NCBI GenBank assembly: GCA_038046725.1
Contig: JBBSVQ010000001.1
Location: 187,780 to 251,779, forward strand
Direction of reading: 5' to 3'
DNA: 64,000 nucleotides
Source of the DNA: Thermoplasmatota archaeon
GTDB lineage: Archaea; Thermoplasmatota; E2; JACPAO01; JAHFTW01
Part shown: positions 46,838 through 54,645 of the stretch, piece by piece
Layout of the letters: each line of letters begins with the position of its first letter
How positions within the stretch are numbered: position 1 is the first letter of the stretch
Program-made: the position numbers and the translations under genes
The notes under the pieces: generated by a model
What the model was told of the DNA's origin: nothing
The model's input: only the letters and a program-made list of their open reading frames with translations
Database searches by the model: none

Positions 46838-47188
46838 CTAGCGCTGCGCGATGCGCGCGGCATGATACTGGACGGTGGTTGATGATACCCCCAATTGGCG
46901 GGCAAGGGCCCGTCGACTCAGAGTCGGATTCGCAGCCAATGCTTCCCGAACCAGTTCACTCGTTTCTTCTACCGGCCTTCGAAGGACCTTGGTTCCCTTG
47001 GATGTCAGGATGGTGCGCACAAGGCGCCCATCGCGCCAGCGCATCGCCAACCCGTCGCGTTCCAAACGTCGCAGGGCCTGATGAGCGCCAGGTTGTGAGA
47101 TACACGCGAACTGGGCATAGTCCAAATCCAGCGCCCCGGGATGGTCTGATAGAAACGCGAGGGCCCTCCGCTGTGCGTCCCCAGCCAC
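46838..47188 (-). CDS. wHTH transcriptional regulator heading the three-gene module
   Basis: ...LRRLERDGLAMRWRDGRLVRTILTSKGTKVL... and a second HTH ...LSRRALARQLGVSSTTVQYHAARI.... Confidence 0.5.
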   Translation of the reverse strand: MAGDAQRRALAFLSDHPGALDLDYAQFACISQPGAHQALRRLERDGLAMRWRDGRLVRTILTSKGTKVLRRPVEETSELVREALAANPTLSRRALARQLGVSSTTVQYHAARIAQR

Positions 47189-47590
47189 AACGTTGACAGC
47201 GCGGACGGCTTCATAATCTGTCTAGCACACCCGCTGGTGTACGCCACCGGTAGCGCCTTTGCGTGGCACTGCGAGAAACCAGGCGCACGGTCATGAGTAG
47301 TTCGTGGGCTTGCTGGGCATCAGAAAGTGCCTCGCCGGTTAGTCCCAAAAACAGAAGGCAGCCGCATGACCGCGGTCTCGCTAGCGGGACCGGGCGCTGA
47401 TCCAGGCGCTGGCGACTTGGGCCAGAACACCGACCATGCCGATGGCGAACGCCTAGGCAATCTTGTTCACAGATTTCCTCCTCAAGGACTAGGCCAGCCA
47501 CCGTCGAGGCGGTCTCAAGTAGTTGGTCACGAACTGTTCAAAGCCACCATCGGACACTCGTTGGCCTTGAGTGCGTGGGCACGGTGCACG

Positions 47591-50500
47591 TCAGTCCGAG
47601 ACCACCGACCACCTGGCGGGGCTTGGTGCCTCGGGCGGCTTGGGGAACAGCGTCAGCCGCCCCGACGGCACCTGCCAAGGCGAGACCCCCCTAAGGGTCC
47701 GGCTATCGGGCGCGCCCTCCACGGCTGCCCCGGCGGGGACTGGAAGGTCGCCCACCCCCAAACGCCACGCGATGAGGTCGGGGACCTGGGCGGCGGCATA
47801 CAGCTTCCATTGCCCGTCCGCCCGGCCGACGGGCCACATGGGCACGTCCCCGCCGAACACGACGCCGAAAGCTGCCGGTGCCCGCCGTGGGCCGACTACG
47901 GAGAAGACCGCATGCTGGAACGTCAGCGATCCTCGCATTCCCGGAGCAGCGCTGCCCTGGAGCGTGTGGCCGTCCTTCTTTGCGACGAACTGGTCGCCAC
48001 TGGCCTGGACGGTCCACCCGGCTGAGCCGAGCGCACGGGCGATGTGCGGCAAGGAGGAAGTCCAAAGTTCTCGGCTGGCGGTGGTGCCGGGGCGGCGGTT
48101 GCTCCACACCTGGGAAAGCGCCCTTTCCTGGACGTTGCGCCGGGCTTCTTGGAGGGCCTGCCAGGGGTCCATGGTGGGCCCCGCATCCTCGCCTAGCCGG
48201 GTCCGCACCTCGTTCCGGATGGCGTCCGCTACAATCTGCGGGCATTCTCCGACGGCCAGCTCGTAGTCCTCGCGGCGGGCCATGAGCCGGCCGTACATCC
48301 GGGCCTCGACGCTGTTGGGATACCAGAGGTTGACAACGTCGACCTGGGGAGCCCTCTGGCCCAAGCGCGCCACACGCCCAATCCGTTGCTCGAGACGGGC
48401 AGGGTTCCAGGGCACGTCCACGTTGATGACGACGCGGGCAGCCTGTAGGTTCAGGCCTTCGCTGGCCGCGTCCGAGCAGAACACCACCTTCGCAAGCCCC
48501 TCTTCCAGAGCTGCGCGGACCGTCTCCTTCGAGGCACGAGTACGCTGGCCGGAGGACGCCACGAAGGCGTCCTGCCCAGTGTACTTGGCGAAGCCGACGT
48601 CGGGGAACCATTCCTCGAAGGCCTGGATGCACCTGTCGACTGTGTCGGTGTAGCGCGAGAAGACCAGCACTTGGTCACGTTCCAAGTACGACGCCAGCAG
48701 CTGGCGGAGCTCCCTCATCTTTGGGTCAGGTTCCTGCTCGTCCGCATGCAGCACGTCGAGGCGTTCAATCAGGTCCTTGATGTAGACGGCCTCGGCCTGC
48801 TTGGCGGTGGCCACTTCGGCAGGGTCGACCGCGGCGCTAGGGGCGGTGCCTTCGAGGCCTGGGTCCTCGTCGGTGTCGTCGTCCTCTTCGTCGAGCCCCG
48901 ACTCGACGCCAGCTGCGATGCTGTCGAGCCGTTGCATCCGCTTGAGCAGGCTGATGCGGGCCGCGTAGAGGCTCGATGCCAGCCTTTGCTGGTAGGAGCA
49001 TCTCGCGAAGCCGAGCGAAAGCGGCCGGTCCGGGTGCGCGGCCTGCTCGACGCGGCCGTAAGCACGAGACAGGTACTCGTCGACGCTGCGGTAGAACTCC
49101 ACGACTCCCGGGTCGACCTTGGCAATCGGAGCATGCAGGCGCCTTTCGGGGAACCGGTAACCGAACTTCTCGAGCACCTTCCTGGTGTTCCTGATCGTCA
49201 GTAGCGAAGCGGGGTGGGCATCGACCAGAAGAGGGTAAACCTCAGGCCAAGCAGCCCTTGCTTTGATCGTCGCCTGGGCATTGGCCGAATCCTGTGACGC
49301 AAGGGTCTTGGCTGTCGTGGTGGCACCGCTTGCCGGCTGCCAGCCGTAGTCCTTGCGCGCTTGGGCAAGCCACTTCAGGCTCCACTTGGCGTCCTCGAGC
49401 GTCGGCAGCGCGGCGCCGAGCGCCAGCACGCGGAGCGAACGTGCGTACTCGCCTTCACCCTTGACCGGGTCGGTCCAGGCCTGCGGAAGGCCAAGGAGGC
49501 GCAGCAGTGCGTGGAACTCGGCCGGTTCCAACTGGACCGGTGTCGCCGTGAGCAGCAGCAGGTGCGGCACCTTGGTCGCGACGGTGTCGAGCGTGCGCCA
49601 CAGCAAGGTCGGGCGCAACGTGCCGTCGAGGTCGCGTCGCACTCGCGCCGCATGGGCTTCGTCGACGACCATGAGGTCTGGCAGATGCGCCCCAGACAGG
49701 AGGTTCCCTCCGTCGCGGCTGCCGCGGACCAACTGCGCTGACACCAGGCGAAGCGCGGGCGAACCTTTGCCCAGCGGGTGGTCGCTCGGCGCCCGGTGGA
49801 AGCGCCCGTCGGGGTCCACGTAGGCCTTGGCCCCGGAATCGTACCGCCAGAAGCTGAGCCCGAAATGGTGCTGCATCTCTTCCTGCCACTGGCGCATCAC
49901 GTTCTTCGGGGCAAGAATCGTGACGCTCGAGACGGCCTTGGTTCGAAGGAGGTGGGCAATCGCAGCGCCGGCCTCCAAGGTCTTGCCGAGGCCGACCTCG
50001 TCTGCCAGCAGGGCGCGGACGGGCCATCTTCCTAAGCAGTCGAGGAAAGCGCGTTCCTGGTGGGGGAACAGGGCCGACGGGCCCAAGTTGAGAGAGCCAA
50101 GCAGCGGGCTCTCGCGGAAGAACCTGTCAAGCACGGAAGTCCTCGGCGAGGCCTTCGACTGGGCCACGGGCTGGTGCTCGGTCTCGCCGAGGGCGGCCAG
50201 CAGGTGGTTCGCAAACTCCTGGTCAAGGACTCGGACCGCAACGTCCTCGCGGCGACCTTGCCAGATCTGCTCGAAGCTGTCCACGCGCTCCCTCGTCTGG
50301 GCGGGTTCCTCCCAGGAACGGAAGACGTTGAGCTCCTCGTAGTTGGTGGCCATCCCTGGCACGGTCTCGTTGGCGCTGCCACTGGCGGCCACGATGTCGC
50401 CGCCGGCGTCGGTGAAGAGCAGCCGCTTGCTGTGGAAGATTCCGGTTCGTCCGTAAGGGACGGCCACACGTACCTGGAGCAGCCCTTCCTTCATCATCCA

Positions 50501-50902
50501 GGCAACGGTCGCGATGCGGTTCCGCGACAATTCGTCACGAAGGGTCGCCACGCTGTCAAGGAGGCGCTGCCCGACGGCCGCCATGATTTCCTCAGGCGGC
50601 GGCGAGCCAGCGGCTTTTGCCAGGTCAGCGGGCACGTCGTGGACGCCCAGGACGAGGCGCATCTTCCCGCGCCTGCGCCACAGCCCTTCGAGGCCATCGG
50701 CGATCGCGACCAGAGCGGTGACATTGAAGAAGCCGGTCAGCCGGTCGTAGGCGACGGCTTCGGCGAGCGCGGGTTGCACCAACCCTTGCAGGAGAACATC
50801 GGCGCGCCCTTCGTAGAAGGAACGGAGGCCCAGGCCGCGTAGCCCTGCCAATGTCTCACCGACCGAGCGCGTCCAGGACTGCGTCGCAGAACGCCTGGTC
50901 AC
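47591..50902 (-). CDS. PLD-family (HKD) nuclease fused to SNF2-family helicase
   Basis: N-terminal HKD motif ...GIFHSKRLLFTDAGGDIVAASGSANET.... SNF2 ATPase with ...LADEVGLGKT..., DEAH box ...LMVVDEAHAARV..., and helicase-C ...LNLQAARVVINVDVPWNPARLEQRIGRVARLGQ.... Confidence 0.85.
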   Translation of the reverse strand: MTRRSATQSWTRSVGETLAGLRGLGLRSFYEGRADVLLQGLVQPALAEAVAYDRLTGFFNVTALVAIADGLEGLWRRRGKMRLVLGVHDVPADLAKAAGSPPPEEIMAAVGQRLLDSVATLRDELSRNRIATVAWMMKEGLLQVRVAVPYGRTGIFHSKRLLFTDAGGDIVAASGSANETVPGMATNYEELNVFRSWEEPAQTRERVDSFEQIWQGRREDVAVRVLDQEFANHLLAALGETEHQPVAQSKASPRTSVLDRFFRESPLLGSLNLGPSALFPHQERAFLDCLGRWPVRALLADEVGLGKTLEAGAAIAHLLRTKAVSSVTILAPKNVMRQWQEEMQHHFGLSFWRYDSGAKAYVDPDGRFHRAPSDHPLGKGSPALRLVSAQLVRGSRDGGNLLSGAHLPDLMVVDEAHAARVRRDLDGTLRPTLLWRTLDTVATKVPHLLLLTATPVQLEPAEFHALLRLLGLPQAWTDPVKGEGEYARSLRVLALGAALPTLEDAKWSLKWLAQARKDYGWQPASGATTTAKTLASQDSANAQATIKARAAWPEVYPLLVDAHPASLLTIRNTRKVLEKFGYRFPERRLHAPIAKVDPGVVEFYRSVDEYLSRAYGRVEQAAHPDRPLSLGFARCSYQQRLASSLYAARISLLKRMQRLDSIAAGVESGLDEEDDDTDEDPGLEGTAPSAAVDPAEVATAKQAEAVYIKDLIERLDVLHADEQEPDPKMRELRQLLASYLERDQVLVFSRYTDTVDRCIQAFEEWFPDVGFAKYTGQDAFVASSGQRTRASKETVRAALEEGLAKVVFCSDAASEGLNLQAARVVINVDVPWNPARLEQRIGRVARLGQRAPQVDVVNLWYPNSVEARMYGRLMARREDYELAVGECPQIVADAIRNEVRTRLGEDAGPTMDPWQALQEARRNVQERALSQVWSNRRPGTTASRELWTSSLPHIARALGSAGWTVQASGDQFVAKKDGHTLQGSAAPGMRGSLTFQHAVFSVVGPRRAPAAFGVVFGGDVPMWPVGRADGQWKLYAAAQVPDLIAWRLGVGDLPVPAGAAVEGAPDSRTLRGVSPWQVPSGRLTLFPKPPEAPSPARWSVVSD

Positions 50903-51665
50903 CGTCCGGCGACTTCCGCTTCACGGCACCGGCGTCCGCGAGCTGCGACAGCAGGTCCGTGAGGAAGCCCAGCTGCGGACCAGAGAACGGCTTGCCCGTG
51001 TTGTTCTCCTGGTACCCGCGCTTCTTCGCGAAGTCGCCCAACGCTCCTCGTGCCTTCGGCGTTAGCACGTTGTACTGGGCGGCCTTCTTTGCCATGTGCC
51101 AGATGGCCTTCGACGGAAGGTTCGCGACGCGCTCCTCCTCGGAGGGACCTGTGATACCCCTGACTGCGGCCAAGGCCGTCAGATGCGGGCTGCGGCCGGC
51201 CGGCATGCCGTCGACAGCTGCCAGCACCTCGCGCAGCTGGGCGGGCTCAAGTCCGATGATGTCGAGCCAGGTCGTCTTCGGCGGTGGAGCGCGGTCCAGG
51301 ATGGCCAGGATCTCCTCGGGTTCGGCCCCCAGCTGCAGGACCGCGTAGACTTCGGCCTCGGTCGCGCCGACCCATTTGGCAGCCTGGTCGATGTCCAGGC
51401 CGGAGACGGTGTACGTCGCAGAAACCCGTTCGAGGTAGCCCTTGAACGGGTTGCTGGGCGACCGCCAGGCCTCGATGAACGCCTCGATGCGGCCACCGGA
51501 GCCAGACCCCGGAAGGGGCGGGAGCGCCGGTGGAGCCGCAAGGAGAGCAGGGGACGCTTTGGGAGGGGCGACCTTCGCTGCGTGCTTGGGCGTGGACCTG
51601 CTGGGCTTCTCCGATTCCCGCTTCGCCTTGGCGGGGGCCTTCTTCTTGCCGAACACGTCACTCAC
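50856..51665 (-). CDS. Hypothetical protein with Lys/Pro-rich N-terminal tail (269 aa)
   Basis: MSDVFGKKKAPAKAKRESEKPSRSTPKHAAKVAPPKA..., then a helical domain. Overlaps the GHKL gene stop by 8 nt and the PLD-SNF2 start by 47 nt, so the start is uncertain. Confidence 0.45.
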   Translation of the reverse strand: MSDVFGKKKAPAKAKRESEKPSRSTPKHAAKVAPPKASPALLAAPPALPPLPGSGSGGRIEAFIEAWRSPSNPFKGYLERVSATYTVSGLDIDQAAKWVGATEAEVYAVLQLGAEPEEILAILDRAPPPKTTWLDIIGLEPAQLREVLAAVDGMPAGRSPHLTALAAVRGITGPSEEERVANLPSKAIWHMAKKAAQYNVLTPKARGALGDFAKKRGYQENNTGKPFSGPQLGFLTDLLSQLADAGAVKRKSPDGDQAFCDAVLDALGR

Positions 51666-53103
51666 CTGCCGCCGCGTTGAGCCACAGGTTGCGGATGCGA
51701 CGGGCCTCGTCCGGAGGGTAGCCCTTTTCCCGTTCGAGGAAAAGCGCGAGCGAGTCGGACATCGCCAGGAACATTAGCAGCTTCTTGTCCTCGATGTACT
51801 TCACGAGCTTCGAGGAGCTGTTCACGACGGCCTGCAGTTCGCTGCCGCGCTCGGACTCGTACATGTAGGACCAGGGCGTGATGCTCTCGCCGAGGTCTTC
51901 CATCGTGTAGGTCAAGGTCAGCGGTCCGTCAGGGAGGTGGACCTTGTTCGCGTCGACGGTGACTTCCTTTCCCTGGTCGACCTGGACGGCAGGCCCCTTC
52001 CCGGCACCGGGCTCCGCAAAGGCCCCGTCGCCCTGCGCTGCCGTGCCGTCGGGCGCCTTGAACATGGAGGAGAGGACCTTGCCTGCGGCCAACGCCTGCT
52101 GCGCCCCTTGGATGGCGCGAGCGAAGCGGGTGCGGTCGCCCCGGCCACGGATCGTCGTGGCGCTGGCCTTCTCGAAGACCTTCATCTTCTCCTTCATGAC
52201 GTCCGTGGCCGCGCGCCACTCTGCGCTCTGCTTGGCGAAACCTTGCTTGTTGAAGTTCACCGGAACGAAGTCCACGTGCATCTCGCCGACGATGCGGGAG
52301 TTCATTGTATGGACGCGGAACCAGTCCTTGTTCCAGGGCTCCACCAGCTGGTTCAGCTTGTAGAGGTTGATCCCGAACTTGTCGTCGTTGTGGGTGATCT
52401 TGTCGAGGCCGACCCAGCCGTGCACCCTCCATTCGCCGCGCGGCCCGCACTTCTCGTCGATCTCGAAGCGTTTGTCCTCGATGAGGCTGTACGCCTTGGG
52501 AAGCACCACGTCGTTGCCCACGCGGAAGACGTCGCCCCGCTCGATGTGGGGCTTGTAGGCGTGGCCCAGCTGTTCCACGACCGCCCCGCGCATCGTGTCG
52601 GGTTGGCGTAGGTTCCGTACCACGATGGCCGTGCCATGCGCCCGGCCTTCGAGGGGACCGTCCTTGTCGGGCTTGCCCGCATGGATCACATGCTTCCACC
52701 GGACGCCGCTCTTCTGCTTGGCCCGCGCGCGCCACTCGTCAAGGTCGAAGGTCACCGAGTATTCGACGTCCTTGCCGTCGGGGCGAGTGTGGATCTCCCA
52801 GATGCGGCCTAGCGAAGCGCAGGCGGTCTTCATGCCAAGGCCGTAGACGCCCTTGCGCCCCTTCCGCGGAAGGAAGTCGTCCATGTTGACGCCGAGCCTG
52901 ACCGCTTCCGTCAGGATGTCCTGCTCCATGCCGGTGCCGTTGTCGACCACGACGATGCGGTCCCTGGCGAGGGTGACGTCCACCTCAATCGGCGTGTCGC
53001 CGACGCGCGCGTCGATGCTGTTGGCGACGAGCTCCACGATGGCCTCGGGGACCTTGAAGTTCGTAGCCCCAATCTTGTCGAGCATCGACTCGTCCGGAGT
53101 CAT
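51658..53103 (-). CDS. GHKL (Bergerat-fold, MORC/MutL/HSP90-like) ATPase
   Basis: N-box ...EAIVELVANSIDARV..., G1 ...IVVVDNGTGM..., G2/G3 ...GVYGLGMKTACASLG.... Start at the internal ATG (MTPDESML). The 103 upstream codons of the ORF are Arg/Cys-rich. Confidence 0.7.
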   Translation of the reverse strand: MTPDESMLDKIGATNFKVPEAIVELVANSIDARVGDTPIEVDVTLARDRIVVVDNGTGMEQDILTEAVRLGVNMDDFLPRKGRKGVYGLGMKTACASLGRIWEIHTRPDGKDVEYSVTFDLDEWRARAKQKSGVRWKHVIHAGKPDKDGPLEGRAHGTAIVVRNLRQPDTMRGAVVEQLGHAYKPHIERGDVFRVGNDVVLPKAYSLIEDKRFEIDEKCGPRGEWRVHGWVGLDKITHNDDKFGINLYKLNQLVEPWNKDWFRVHTMNSRIVGEMHVDFVPVNFNKQGFAKQSAEWRAATDVMKEKMKVFEKASATTIRGRGDRTRFARAIQGAQQALAAGKVLSSMFKAPDGTAAQGDGAFAEPGAGKGPAVQVDQGKEVTVDANKVHLPDGPLTLTYTMEDLGESITPWSYMYESERGSELQAVVNSSSKLVKYIEDKKLLMFLAMSDSLALFLEREKGYPPDEARRIRNLWLNAAAGE

Positions 53104-53243
53104 GTCGATGGAGATGTCCTTGGAATCACGCGGGATTGAAATCGACCACCATGCCCCAGTTACGGAAGCGCCAAGCACTGAACGGCCTTGCTTAAAAGGA
53201 AGCGGTGGGCCGCAATTATGGCAGGTGGGAGGCCGCCGACGGC

Positions 53244-54038
53244 TTACGCGGCAAGCGCCGCCACGTACTGCTCCCGTTGGCTCCAAGGGACCGGCGTGAT
53301 GGCATAGTTGCGCAGGGCCTGCAAGGCAGTGGGCGACGCCGGCTTCTCGATGTCGTTCACAAGAACGTAGGCGTCGGTCTCCTGGGACCGAGCTTCGCGC
53401 GTATCCTGCCAAGAGAAAATCGCCGCTTCGATTGTGTTCTTGTTCGTGCCGTTGAGCGCGCGCAAGGCGCGCTCTGGTGCCTTGGGCGACTTCGGGATGA
53501 TGAAGTCGAAGTGGTGCGTGTACCCGCTGCGGCCCGAAAGGCGCGAATTGTATACGTAGCGGATTTTGTGGCCATCGAGCCAGGCGGCGACGTCCTCGAC
53601 GAACATCTGCGCGACGTTCGGCTGGGCCATGTAGAACATGTCGCCGACGGCGAGCATAGCCTGCACGATGTCGTGCTTCTTCATGGGGAAATCCCCGGCG
53701 CCCGCGAAAACCTCGAGGCGGTGCTTGTCGCTGCGCTTGACCCCGAATCCATTGAGCACTTCATCGAGGACTGCAAGACGGTGCTTGCCGGCCATCTTGA
53801 AGCCAGACATGGCAAGGTCGTTCAGCACGTAGCCGTCGTCGTGGAGGAGGAATCCCTTGTCGACCTTCTGCACGTAGATCTGTAGCATGTCGTTGTGGCG
53901 GTCGAGGTACGGGGTGGTAATCTCCACGTTCGTGCCGATGTCGCGCAAGGCGGTGCTGTCGCGGAGCCATTTCCAGTGCGCGTCGAGCAGCTCCTTGATC
54001 TCCTCGCCCATGCTTGGCGGAGTGATGGGTTTGGCCAT
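53244..54038 (-). CDS. DUF1828/DUF1829-like protein
   Basis: ...WKWLRDSTALRDIGTNVEITTPYLDRHNDMLQIYVQKVDKGFLLHDDGYVLNDLAMSGF... matches my memory of the DUF1828 N-domain pattern. The family assignment is unverified. Confidence 0.45.
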   Translation of the reverse strand: MAKPITPPSMGEEIKELLDAHWKWLRDSTALRDIGTNVEITTPYLDRHNDMLQIYVQKVDKGFLLHDDGYVLNDLAMSGFKMAGKHRLAVLDEVLNGFGVKRSDKHRLEVFAGAGDFPMKKHDIVQAMLAVGDMFYMAQPNVAQMFVEDVAAWLDGHKIRYVYNSRLSGRSGYTHHFDFIIPKSPKAPERALRALNGTNKNTIEAAIFSWQDTREARSQETDAYVLVNDIEKPASPTALQALRNYAITPVPWSQREQYVAALAA

Positions 54039-54476
54039 TCAGACGAACCCCTGCTGGACCGGCAGCTTCCTGATGTTGCAGTAAGAAAGGAACTGCTCCA
54101 GGGTCTTCTGGACGTCGGTGGGGTGGGTGAACTCAGCGGGCAGCGGGTACGCCCATTTGTCGCCGAAGCCTTCGCGGTAGAGGTGCAGGTGCGGCGCGGG
54201 GACGACTTCGCCGTCGGGATTTCGGTGGGGTGCGCTGCCGAAGTCTAGGCGTGCGAGGATGACGGTCTGGCGGGCGCGGTTCTGGTAGGTGCCCTTGAGG
54301 TCGATGTTGGCGCGGCGGACGTCGAGCTGGAACTCCTCTTTCTCGCCCTCGGCGCGCAGGTCAATCTGCTGCAGGGTGCCGGGGTTGGGGAAGCTCAAGA
54401 CGTCCTTCTTGTCCACGGGGAACTTGGCCGCTTTCAGCAGGCGGTCTGCCCATTCCTGGTTCATCGGCGCCTCCAA
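54039..54476 (-). CDS. Hypothetical protein (145 aa), first gene of the minus-strand operon
   Basis: MEAPMNQEWADRLLKAAKFPVDKKDVLSFPNPGTLQQIDLRAEGEKEEFQLDVRRANIDLKGTYQNRARQ.... Its stop is 1 nt from the next gene. Confidence 0.45.
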   Translation of the reverse strand: MEAPMNQEWADRLLKAAKFPVDKKDVLSFPNPGTLQQIDLRAEGEKEEFQLDVRRANIDLKGTYQNRARQTVILARLDFGSAPHRNPDGEVVPAPHLHLYREGFGDKWAYPLPAEFTHPTDVQKTLEQFLSYCNIRKLPVQQGFV

Positions 54477-54645
54477 TGAGGCGCCTCCCCTCTGAAACCG
54501 TTTCGAGGTTGATCTAACCGGGCCAGCGCCTGTCCAGGCGTTTCATCCCTGTTGGGCGCTTGGGACGCCTTTATGCCCTTAGCGAGGCTCGCATCGTGAG
54601 CACTGGCCATCCTGTTTCGGGTTGGCTGATGCCGGAGCAGGACGC

